From Candidatus Binataceae bacterium (GTDB lineage Bacteria > Desulfobacterota > Binatia > Binatales > Binataceae): a DNA stretch of 32,000 nucleotides. The notes below the pieces were generated by a model. It was not told the origin of the DNA, ran no database searches, and saw only the letters and a program-made list of their open reading frames with translations. The DNA lies in the NCBI GenBank assembly GCA_035939115.1, contig DASZGF010000197.1, forward strand, positions 1 through 32,000, in the 5' to 3' direction. This document shows positions 1-7,064 of this stretch, piece by piece (position 1 is the stretch's first letter; each line of letters opens with the position of its first letter). A program made the translations under genes and the position numbers.

Positions 1-460
1 CGTCGAGCAGCGCGATCACATCCTTACGGCCGATGCTGCTGACTTTGCGATGACCCCAGGCAGGCAGGATATCCGCGCGCAACATCCTGGTTACCTCGGC
101 GAGCGTCCGCGGCTTGTTGTGCAGCGCTGCGTGGCGTTCGAGGTAAAGCGTTGCCAGGTCCGCGAACGTTGGCTCGGCCTTGCCCCGGGCCCGCTCCGCG
201 GCGGGGTCTTTACCGGTGGCAACCTCGCCCAAGTAGCGCCGGGCCGCCTGACGTGCATCGGCCACGTTAAGTTGCGGAAAGCGCCCGAGCAGGTAACGGC
301 GCCGGCTGCCGCCCTGCCGGTAGCGCACAATCCATGTCTTGCTCCCGCCCATGGAAACTCGCAGGCCGAAGCCCGAAGTCTTGCGGTCCCAGTAGTCCAC
401 CTGCCCCGCGGACGGTGGCTTTACTGCCTCGGCAAACGAACTCGTGATGTTCACTTTCAT
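1..460 (-). CDS. Tyrosine-type (phage/P4-like) integrase, N-terminal part; the gene continues beyond the left edge
   Basis: Not in the ORF track because it is open at the window edge. My own translation of the minus strand from ATG 460-458 gives MKVNITSSFAEAVKPPSAGQVDYWDRKTSGFGLRVSMGGSKTWIVRYRQGGSRRRYLLGRFPQLNVADARQAARRYLGEVATGKDPAAERARGKAEPTFADLATLYLERHAALHNKPRTLAEVTRMLRADILPAWGHRKVSSIGRKDVIALLD. This is the arm-type DNA-binding (DUF4102-like) N-terminus plus the start of the SAM-like core-binding domain typical of these integrases. Track ORFs 50..499(+) and 267..545(-) are shadow frames of this gene. Confidence 0.85.
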   Translation of the reverse strand, partial: MKVNITSSFAEAVKPPSAGQVDYWDRKTSGFGLRVSMGGSKTWIVRYRQGGSRRRYLLGRFPQLNVADARQAARRYLGEVATGKDPAAERARGKAEPTFADLATLYLERHAALHNKPRTLAEVTRMLRADILPAWGHRKVSSIGRKDVIALLD

Positions 461-590
461 CGACGCGCCTTCTTTTGGAGCTTGCCCCTAACGACCTAGG
501 GTCCACATCAGGGTCCATAATCCGCGCAACGCGATGCAACGTCAAGAGAGAGCGTGAGATACTAATTACCCACGCGGAGTGGGTCTAACT

Positions 591-716
591 GGTTTCGGTG
601 GTTGCACCATGTTTCAGGGAATTGCATCTAGACACTGTAACTGAATCAGGGCTGGCAGCCTGTGATCGGGCTGCCGTATCGGCCTGATCTGATGGCGGTT
701 TCGGTGGGGTGTGCCA
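591..716. repeat. Direct repeat GGTTTCGGTGG(N2-3)G(N2)CCA, two copies (591-609 and 697-716), upstream of the integrase start
   Basis: The exact 11-mer ggtttcggtgg occurs at 591-601 and 697-707, with similar 3' extensions (ttgcacca / ggtgtgcca). Its position next to int fits arm-type or att-associated sites, but that role is inferred only. Confidence 0.35.
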
Positions 717-908
717 AAAATTCAAATTGAAAAGCACCAGTGAAGCATGGCCGGCGATGCTATAAGGGTGTCAGAGGTGAAGCGAGGAATGATCTCACGC
801 ATCGATGACAGGCGTAGACGCCTGTCCCAGGATTTTTCAGCGCGTATCTAACCACCAGCGCTTTCTTTCCAGCCTACTTTACCCATCCTCCCCGGTCAGG
901 AAGAGGAA

Positions 909-1368
909 TCAGTCGATCGGGCAAGGCCATTGAAATTGGAATGCAAATGTCCAAACTCGATCCTCCTGCGAGGGGCGAAAGCGCGGGCGCGAGGCGCGCA
1001 CGTGAGCGCGCCCGCGGGCGGCGAGTTGCCGGCAGGACGCGGGACTGCGGCCCAGCGCGCCCGCCACCTCCTCGAAATCCAGGTCGAACACGTCGTGCAG
1101 CAGAAACGCGGCGCGCTCCAACGGTGAAAGCCGTTCCAGCGTGAGCATCAGCGCCATCGACAGGTCCTGCTCATAATCGTTGGGGCTATCGGCAGTAAGC
1201 TCGCCCTGGCCTGTGCAAAGCGATAAGCCAAAGGGGCCCGGTTTCGGGCACCCCAGGAGCGACCTGGTACCAGGCGACCGGCGCGAGCAACATGAAAACT
1301 CCATTTGCCGCGCACAGAACCCCCAAAAGCCAGGCGAGCTTGACGCGCATTGCATATCTCCTCTTCAT
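909..1368 (-). pseudogene. Chimeric gene remnant: 5' end of a small membrane protein gene joined out of frame to an ECF sigma-70 region-4 fragment
   Basis: ORF 1186..1368(-) starts with a plausible TM N-terminus (MRVKLAWLLGVLCAANGVFMLLAPVAWYQVAPGVPETGP) and then degenerates. ORF 909..1355(-) carries DLSMALMLTLERLSPLERAAFLLHDVFDLDFEEVAGALGRSPASCRQLAARGRAHVRASRPRF (about 978-1193), a typical sigma-70 region 4 of SigJ-like ECF sigma factors. Region 2 is missing upstream, and the usual SnoaL-like C-terminal domain is missing downstream. Confidence 0.6.
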
Positions 1369-1420
1369 CTAATCTAACGAGACAGCCCGCGGACCTGTGA
1401 CAACGAAGTTGGGTCTTACC

Positions 1421-1497
1421 TGAAGCGAAAATAATGAGAGTTCCGATGCCTGGCCGCTTATCTCTTATCTTCTCTCACTCTTGTGCTTCTGCTCTCT
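1421..1497. repeat. Purine/pyrimidine-arm repeat element, copy E1 (short GA arm, long CT arm containing TCTGC(C)TCTC)
   Basis: gaagcgaaaataatgagag ... ttatctcttatcttctctcactcttgtgcttctgctctctac. It shares the CT-rich arm and the tctgc(c)tctc core with the elements at 2513-2599 and 15210-15326. Confidence 0.45.
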
Positions 1498-1590
1498 ACC
1501 CCCTCGCCCGCTTAGTTGCGGGAGAGGGCAAGCGGCGCGGCTGTTGCGGTTTTTTTCGCAGCAGCCGTGACGCGCGGGTGAGGGTGCAGA
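1497..1590. repeat. About 90-bp repeat, left copy (inverted relative to 7515-7604)
   Basis: The reverse complement of 1497-1590 (ctgcaccctcacccgcgcgtcacggctgctgcgaaaaaaaccgcaacagccgcgccgcttgccctctcccgcaactaagcgggcgaggg) aligns by eye at roughly 85% identity with 7515-7604. It contains an 11-bp hairpin, cggctgttgcg-gttttttt-cgcagcagccg. Confidence 0.8.
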
Positions 1591-1645
1591 AGACCCTCGC
1601 AATCCCTAACTACAGGGACCTTCTGATAGTCGTTCCGGAGCCGAC

Positions 1646-2518
1646 ATGATGCCATACTTACCACCCAAGAGGCTTAAGTTGAAATCAATTCACCTGAAAT
1701 TGTCCAATACGATGTGGGACGCGCTCGAAAGAAGGCAGCGTGAAAGCGGTGAACCGACGCACCATATTATCCGCGCCGCGTTGGCAGAGTATTTGGAAAT
1801 CGAACATTCAACGCTCTTTCAAGTATCGACTTCCGGTGCGCTGGTCGAGGGTATCTACAAGGGCGCGGTCAGTATCGGGAAATTGCGTGAGCATGGAGAC
1901 TTCGGACTCGGCACGTTCGAGGGACTGGACGGCGAGATGATAGCGCTGGACGGCCGCTTCTTCCAGGTTCGCTCCGACGGCAGCGTGCATGCCGCGGCCG
2001 ATTCCGACTTAAGCCCGTTCGCGGCGGTGACCCATTTCAAAGCGGAGAACTCCGTCGAAGTCGCCCAGTCCCTGGACCTGGCATCGCTGTTTGCCCGTCT
2101 GGACGGATTGCGCGAATCGAGCAACATTTTTTATGCCATTCGCATCGACGGCTCGTTCCCGTTTATGCACGCGCGCGCGATGTGCAAGTCGGAAGAAGGC
2201 ACTCCGCTGATCGTGGCCGCCGCCCATCAGCCGGAATTCAGAATGCGCGAGGTTACCGGCACCTTAGTGGGTTTCTGGTCGCCGCAATACGTCAAGACGC
2301 TGGAGGTGCCGGGCTATCATCTGCATTTCATCACTACGGACCGCAGCGCCGGCGGGCATCTCATGGAATGTTCCGGGCGCGCTCTGCGCGTACAGATCGA
2401 GCAGGTGCGGGATTTGCGCCTCGCGTTGCCCGAGAACCAGGAGTTCCTGCGAGCGGATTTAACCCGCGATCCCGCCGGCGATCTGGATCGGGCCGAGCAC
2501 GCGAGGGAAAAGAAGTGA
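1646..2518 (+). CDS. budA: Alpha-acetolactate decarboxylase with an about 55-aa N-terminal ribbon-helix-helix-like extension
   Basis: The core LFQVSTSGALVEGIYKG...GDFGLGTFEGLDGEMIALDGRFFQV...NIFYAIRIDG...GTLVGFWSPQY...VPGYHLHFITTDRSAGGHLM matches AlsD/BudA family motifs. The N-terminus KSIHLKLSNTMWDALERRQRESGEPTHHIIRAALAEYLE has a beta-strand/helix/helix CopG-like pattern. A GGAG Shine-Dalgarno (SD) sequence lies at 1637-1640, 5 nt before ATG 1646. Confidence 0.85.
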   Translation: MMPYLPPKRLKLKSIHLKLSNTMWDALERRQRESGEPTHHIIRAALAEYLEIEHSTLFQVSTSGALVEGIYKGAVSIGKLREHGDFGLGTFEGLDGEMIALDGRFFQVRSDGSVHAAADSDLSPFAAVTHFKAENSVEVAQSLDLASLFARLDGLRESSNIFYAIRIDGSFPFMHARAMCKSEEGTPLIVAAAHQPEFRMREVTGTLVGFWSPQYVKTLEVPGYHLHFITTDRSAGGHLMECSGRALRVQIEQVRDLRLALPENQEFLRADLTRDPAGDLDRAEHAREKK

Positions 2519-2599
2519 GAAGAGAGGAGTGAGAAGTGAGAAAGAGAGACTCAAACTTCTCCCCCTCTTTTCTGCCTCTCACTCCTCTCCACTCACTCC
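2513..2599. repeat. Heptad-periodic purine/pyrimidine inverted repeat, copy E2 (long imperfect hairpin)
   Basis: The left arm is GTGAGAA GAGAGGA GTGAGAA GTGAGAA AGAGAGA (2513-2547). The right arm ttctccccctcttttctgcctctcactcctctccactcactcctc (2555-2599) is its imperfect complement. The budA stop TGA (2516-2518) lies inside the first GTGAGAA unit. Confidence 0.75.
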
Positions 2600-2635
2600 T
2601 CGTCTGCCGTTGCGGATGCTGATAAGGGCCTTGCG

Positions 2636-2809
2636 ATGAAACGGACAATCCGACTCTGGCTCGCAAGTCTTGTTATGCTGCAACTGCTTGCCGGGATCGC
2701 CGTGGCAGGCCTCTGCGCCCGGGCAATTGCCGGGTGTGCGCGGCGGCCGCCTGTCGATGGCGAATTGACAACGACAGCCGACCGCCCTTCTCACTACTGC
2801 TCGAAATAG
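2636..2809 (+). CDS. Possible small lipoprotein (57 aa, below the track cutoff)
   Basis: My own translation gives MKRTIRLWLASLVMLQLLAGIAVAGLCARAIAGCARRPPVDGELTTTADRPSHYCSK. It has a basic n-region, a hydrophobic core and an IAGC lipobox. The SD is weak (aaggg), and the 3' end overlaps the convergent PEMT gene by 16 nt. Confidence 0.3.
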   Translation: MKRTIRLWLASLVMLQLLAGIAVAGLCARAIAGCARRPPVDGELTTTADRPSHYCSK

Positions 2810-3330
2810 GAGCCCAGGATGTAATACACCGTTTCCAGTGACGGCAACATCAACCAATCATTGTGGGGAAAACGCATCATCAGGAAAAACCCCCAGATTG
2901 ATAATGTGGCGCCGACATATTGGGGATGCTTCAAAACCGAAAACGGGAACTGCTCGGACCAGGGAACGTCGTAACCGAACCGATTGCCGTAAAAAACCCC
3001 GACCTCGCCCAGGCGCCGGAACACGCTGACGTTAAGAAACTGCCCTGAAAGAATGAGAACCACTCCCAAGGTGAACGAAAATATACTTCCATCGAGCGGA
3101 ACCAGTGAACCGTGTCCAAAAAAGAGACACCAGCTGAAAAAGGTAAGTATCTGAATTGCCTTGAATCCATAGAAGAGGTTCTGCAAAACTGCGACCGGCG
3201 AACCGAAAACGGATACGCCGGGATAACCGCTAAATCTGCAAAACGACCCAGGGTAACGCCACGCCCAAACGTAGCAAATCCGCTCGAAGCTCAGCAGCAC
3301 TGCCGCGATGGCTAAAACTACAAGAGTCAT
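2794..3330 (-). CDS. PEMT-family phospholipid/lipid-amine N-methyltransferase (polytopic membrane protein)
   Basis: The C-terminal block FYGNRFGYDVPWSEQFPFSVLKHPQYVGATLSIWGFFL closely resembles the eukaryotic PEMT/Opi3 signature (..FPFN.L.NPMYWGST.NYLGW..). Four or more hydrophobic segments are present. Its ATG overlaps the stop of the upstream gene (ATGA at 3327-3330). Confidence 0.8.
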   Translation of the reverse strand: MTLVVLAIAAVLLSFERICYVWAWRYPGSFCRFSGYPGVSVFGSPVAVLQNLFYGFKAIQILTFFSWCLFFGHGSLVPLDGSIFSFTLGVVLILSGQFLNVSVFRRLGEVGVFYGNRFGYDVPWSEQFPFSVLKHPQYVGATLSIWGFFLMMRFPHNDWLMLPSLETVYYILGSYFEQ

Positions 3331-5627
3331 GCTGCTTCGCTTTTCCGCGCGTGCGATACCTGCGCCATCCTGCCCAAACTCGTATAATAAGCCATCACGT
3401 CCGTAATCGGATCAGTGATCAACTTGACGAACCAGATCATCGCGCTGCAGAAATTATGCTTGAACGCCAGGTATGCCACACGCCCGAAAACCACCGCCAG
3501 TGTCAACAGGAACCATTGTCTGGCGGCCGTGGGAAGGATGGTCCTGATAGTCTCCACGCTTATCGAGCCCGCACTCATCAGGTGCACGACAGGAACCAAC
3601 ACGTATGCGGCGAGAATAATAGTTTTGTTCCTGGTATTGTAGCCTAGCAGCGCCTTTTCCTTATCATGGCACGGAGGTTCCAGAATTGCGTGTCCGAATT
3701 GCCGGAGCAGGAGCGCGGCGACTCCCAGAGAAACCGCCAGCGTGAAGTTGAAAAAGAAAACGAGGTAGCAGAGTATGAAGGTGCTGGAGCTGAACAGATG
3801 CAGCACCTGGTTCACCACATTGCTATGTGAAGCTACGTGGTCGTCCCTTTTGCGTTGCATGATTTCCGCGTAGGTATCCTTCAGCGGACTGGGCACCTGT
3901 ACAATGCTCCTCGCCATTTCCCGGATCAGATTAGAACGCATTATTTTGTCCCTCCCCGGCTGCTGTTCCTCGTTCAACCACCATCCGTCAGATCTCATTT
4001 TTTGCCCTGCTGTGGCTATTTTGGCCTGCAATTCCGCGTAGTCTTCGTTGCTGAAATCCAGGCTGCTCATGCACCGTCCTGTCCCGACCCAACTCAGCAT
4101 CAGTCCTTCCGCGCGTAGATAGTACTGCAGCAGCCAGTTATAGCGGCCTGGTTCCTTGAACAGCACCGTCCAGACGGTGGCGAGGTTCATTACGCGAAGC
4201 GGTACGGAGGACTCGACCAGTTTCTGATTGGTCGAACGGACCCATTCTTCGCATCGGCTGTTTGCTTCCTGGTACAGTTTGGCAGTAGCGGGCTCGCCCA
4301 GCCACCTCAGGAATTCGTTCATGGCGCCCATTACCAGCGGATGCGCAGAAAATGTTCCGATCACGTACGCAATGCGCATCGGATGCTCGGGATCGAAGCG
4401 GCGCATCAGCTCCTTCTTGCCGCAGACGAGCCCGATGGGCATCCCGCCCGCTACGGTCTTCCCATACACGACCATATCGGCCGGGACGCCGAAGTACTCC
4501 TGTGCGCCGCCCGGGGCGAGCCGAAAGCCGCTGAACACTTCGTCGAAAATTAGAGGAATGCCGCATTCGGTACAGACCTCGCGCAGCTTGCGCAACCATT
4601 GCGCATAGTGCGAGGTTGAATCCTGCGTCTTACGCACTCCGCTGGTGAGTAAGACGGTATCACTGGGCGGCGGTAAATTGGGATGGAAGGACTGAACCGG
4701 ATTAATCAGAACGCCGGCGATTTCCTTCGCGCGCCGGCGGATGAGATCGATCGAGGCGGGGTGCAAGTCTTTAAGGGTGAGGCAATCGGTGATAGTACGT
4801 TCGCTGCCCAGTCCGGGCTGCACGCCGTCCCACCAGCCGTGATACGCTCCCGAAAAGGACACGATTAACTTCCGGCGGGTATTGAATCGCGCCAGCCGTA
4901 CTGCGGCCATCACGGCTTCGGTCCCGCTCATATGAAAAGACACTTCGTCCAGTTTTGAGATCGATTTGAGCAGAGCGATGTTTTCGGCCACGATCGGATG
5001 AAGCGGCCCCAAAACCGGGCCGAGATTCCGGACCCGCTCCCAGCCCTTTTCCATCCACTCCTTGTAGCGGTCAAAGCCCGCCACGTTGAGCCCGTAAGAA
5101 CCGCTCACATCCAGGTTCCAATGGCCGTCGAGGTCGCGCAATTTGGGCCCGTTGGACTCGGTCACCACCGAGCAAAGATTGAACTTGTCGCGGACGGCCC
5201 TCATGAAAGGAAAAGGGACCCGGTTGGCGTCGGTAAAGCGCAAATCCGAGAAGCTTTCGCGGATCTCGTTACCCCACGCGATCGATTTTGCGGATTGGGC
5301 CTGAAAAAACCCGGCCAGACGGTCGATCGCCAGTTTGCGGATTTCAACCCATCGCTCCGCCGCTCCATCGGCGCGCAGGAATTCGTCATCCGAATAGTCA
5401 AGGGACCGCACCCATTTCGATAACGGCCGTGTCAGAGATGGCGCTAGCGCGACTGCGCGCAGGGTGAAGACGAGGCGTACGAGTTTTGCAATCGCAGAAG
5501 CCGCGATCAGAAATGCCAGAACCGCACCCGCCAATATCCATCCATGCCAGGCGTCAAGCTTCCAGGGTGCCCCGGTATTGACGCCAAGGCACCGGGCCGC
5601 CCATCGCTGCATATCATCCGCCAACAT
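3327..5627 (-). CDS. Tripartite membrane protein: N-terminal TM anchor + class III (GSA-type) PLP aminotransferase + C-terminal DUF962/Mpo1-like polytopic domain
   Basis: The aminotransferase core has HMSGTEAVMAAVRLARF, FSGAYHGWWDG, IFDEVFSGFRLAPGG and the PLP-lysine block DMVVYGKTVAGGMPIGLVCG. The N-terminus contains WHGWILAGAVLAFLIAASAIAKLV (TM). The C-terminal about 190 aa has HVASHSNVVNQVLHLF ... LRQFGHAILEPPCHDKEKAL plus several TM helices, which is the His-motif pattern of the DUF962/Mpo1-like family. Its ATG lies 2 nt after the GT4 stop. Confidence 0.8.
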   Translation of the reverse strand: MLADDMQRWAARCLGVNTGAPWKLDAWHGWILAGAVLAFLIAASAIAKLVRLVFTLRAVALAPSLTRPLSKWVRSLDYSDDEFLRADGAAERWVEIRKLAIDRLAGFFQAQSAKSIAWGNEIRESFSDLRFTDANRVPFPFMRAVRDKFNLCSVVTESNGPKLRDLDGHWNLDVSGSYGLNVAGFDRYKEWMEKGWERVRNLGPVLGPLHPIVAENIALLKSISKLDEVSFHMSGTEAVMAAVRLARFNTRRKLIVSFSGAYHGWWDGVQPGLGSERTITDCLTLKDLHPASIDLIRRRAKEIAGVLINPVQSFHPNLPPPSDTVLLTSGVRKTQDSTSHYAQWLRKLREVCTECGIPLIFDEVFSGFRLAPGGAQEYFGVPADMVVYGKTVAGGMPIGLVCGKKELMRRFDPEHPMRIAYVIGTFSAHPLVMGAMNEFLRWLGEPATAKLYQEANSRCEEWVRSTNQKLVESSVPLRVMNLATVWTVLFKEPGRYNWLLQYYLRAEGLMLSWVGTGRCMSSLDFSNEDYAELQAKIATAGQKMRSDGWWLNEEQQPGRDKIMRSNLIREMARSIVQVPSPLKDTYAEIMQRKRDDHVASHSNVVNQVLHLFSSSTFILCYLVFFFNFTLAVSLGVAALLLRQFGHAILEPPCHDKEKALLGYNTRNKTIILAAYVLVPVVHLMSAGSISVETIRTILPTAARQWFLLTLAVVFGRVAYLAFKHNFCSAMIWFVKLITDPITDVMAYYTSLGRMAQVSHARKSEAA

Positions 5628-5629
5628 AT

Positions 5630-6958
5630 TTACATCCTCTCCGCTTTAGGCATGCGCCCAAAATTGGTTGCGTTATCGAAGATGGCGGTGCAATCGCCGC
5701 CGTCGTCTGCCAGTAGCGAATCAAACGTTTCCACGACCCGCGGCCAATCGATGGAAGTTGCATATTGGCGGGCCTGCCGCCTTATCCGATCCAGCGAATG
5801 ATGCGCAAGAACCAGCCGGGCGGCGGTGTCGATGAACGTCTTTGACTCCGCATAGGGGACCAGTAGGCCGGTCTCCCCATGCGTGATGTGAATTTTTGCG
5901 GCCGCGTAGTCATAAGCGATTACGACCAGGCCACTCGCCATCGCCTCTAATGTGACGTTCCCGAAGGTTTCCGTCTCGCTGGGGAAGAGAAAGACGTCCG
6001 CTGAGGCATAATGCCTGGCCAGCTCCTCACCGGTTTGCAGCCCGGCGAAGATCAAATCGGGATGTTCCCTTTGAAGAGTGGTGCGGATGGGGCCATCGCC
6101 CACAAGGATGAATTTGACCGCGGTGTTGCGGCGTTTGATGGCGCGGTACGCATCTATAGCGAGCCGCACGTTCTTTTCGGGTGCGAGGCGCCCCACATAG
6201 AGTATGGCAAGGCCGTCATTTGAAAGACCCCAACGGGTCCGCAGCTCGGCGCATCGGCGCTCCGGTGTGAATCGCTGATTGTCCACACCCCTGCCCAGCA
6301 CATTCACATTGTTAAACCCGAGTTCCCGTAATCGGATGCCTAGGTCTCCACTGGCAACCAATGTGCCTGATGTTCGGTTGTGGAATGTGCGGAGGTATCG
6401 AAGGACGAGGTTTTGCAGCCAGCCCAGACGATAATGTTTTGAGTAAGCGTGGTAGTTGGTATGAAAGCCGCTGAAAACCGAAATACCCAGACGTCGCGTG
6501 TTGCATACCGCCGACCATCCCAGGGGTCCCTCGGTTGCCACATAGACCACGTCAGGACGATGCCGCGCCCAGCAGTTCCGAAGCAGCCTGCCGGCAGGCA
6601 GGCCAAACTGCAGTCCTTTGTACCCCGGTAAAGGCACTCCACGAACTAAAATTGCCCGGTAATCATAGTAGCGGCCGAAGGTGTCAAAGGGGTGCTGGCG
6701 TGGGCGCACCAGCGAGACCACGTGACCGAGCGCAAGCAAACCTTTGACCAGTTGCGCAAGAGTCAGGGAAACGCCATTTATTTCAGGAGGATAGGTTTCC
6801 GTCACGATGCAAATGTGACGTTCCAGTGACCCGATATCCTGTGATCCACTGAGGGACGCAACGTGCATCAGAGTGTCGTCCCGATGAGCATGAATGCCGA
6901 ACGGGACAGGCATCGGTGGAGCACCGATACCCACGCCGACCGCTTCTGGCCACGCCAC
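5630..6958 (-). CDS. GT4-family (group 1) glycosyltransferase
   Basis: ICIVTETYPPEINGVSLTLAQLVKGL is the typical GT4 N-terminal domain. The C-terminal part has LYVGRLAPEKN ... FPSETETFGNVTLEAMASGLVVIA (the E-x7-E region). A GTG start at 6958 is preceded by a strong SD, aggaggagga (about 6964-6973). Confidence 0.85.
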   Translation of the reverse strand: MAWPEAVGVGIGAPPMPVPFGIHAHRDDTLMHVASLSGSQDIGSLERHICIVTETYPPEINGVSLTLAQLVKGLLALGHVVSLVRPRQHPFDTFGRYYDYRAILVRGVPLPGYKGLQFGLPAGRLLRNCWARHRPDVVYVATEGPLGWSAVCNTRRLGISVFSGFHTNYHAYSKHYRLGWLQNLVLRYLRTFHNRTSGTLVASGDLGIRLRELGFNNVNVLGRGVDNQRFTPERRCAELRTRWGLSNDGLAILYVGRLAPEKNVRLAIDAYRAIKRRNTAVKFILVGDGPIRTTLQREHPDLIFAGLQTGEELARHYASADVFLFPSETETFGNVTLEAMASGLVVIAYDYAAAKIHITHGETGLLVPYAESKTFIDTAARLVLAHHSLDRIRRQARQYATSIDWPRVVETFDSLLADDGGDCTAIFDNATNFGRMPKAERM

Positions 6959-7034
6959 CGTGTCCTCCTCCTGCGCTGGAGAGCCATCTTTATCCTCGAT
7001 TAGTCTGAACCCTCCGCCCGTCTACTTTGTACAA

Positions 7035-7064
7035 GATGGATATTATGGAAATCTATATGGAAAT
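7035..7064. promoter_or_regulatory. Triple direct repeat (g/t)ATGGA(t/a)AT in the AT-rich region upstream of the GT4 operon; candidate operator or promoter element
   Basis: gatggatat (7035-7043), tatggaaat (7044-7052) and tatggaaat (7056-7064) lie within the only strongly AT-rich stretch of the window (about 7020-7110), 80-150 nt upstream of the GTG at 6958. I could not identify a clean -35/-10 pair. Confidence 0.3.

Noticed and set aside
807-837. A perfect 8-bp hairpin, gacaggcg-taga-cgcctgtc, followed by ccaggattttt; a possible rho-independent terminator.
   Set aside because: The T-run is short and separated from the stem by 6 nt, and no convincing upstream gene on the plus strand would need it. 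On the minus strand there is no U-tract. I left it unannotated.
540-905. Search for a tRNA or tmRNA gene next to the integrase as an attachment site, including the ACCACCA-like string at about 850 and a GCGC...GCGC D-arm-like segment on the minus strand.
   Set aside because: No GGTTCGA(A/T)TCC-type T-loop is present, no 7-nt anticodon loop (the best hairpin has a 4-nt loop), and no acceptor-stem pairing. I cannot support a tRNA from the sequence.
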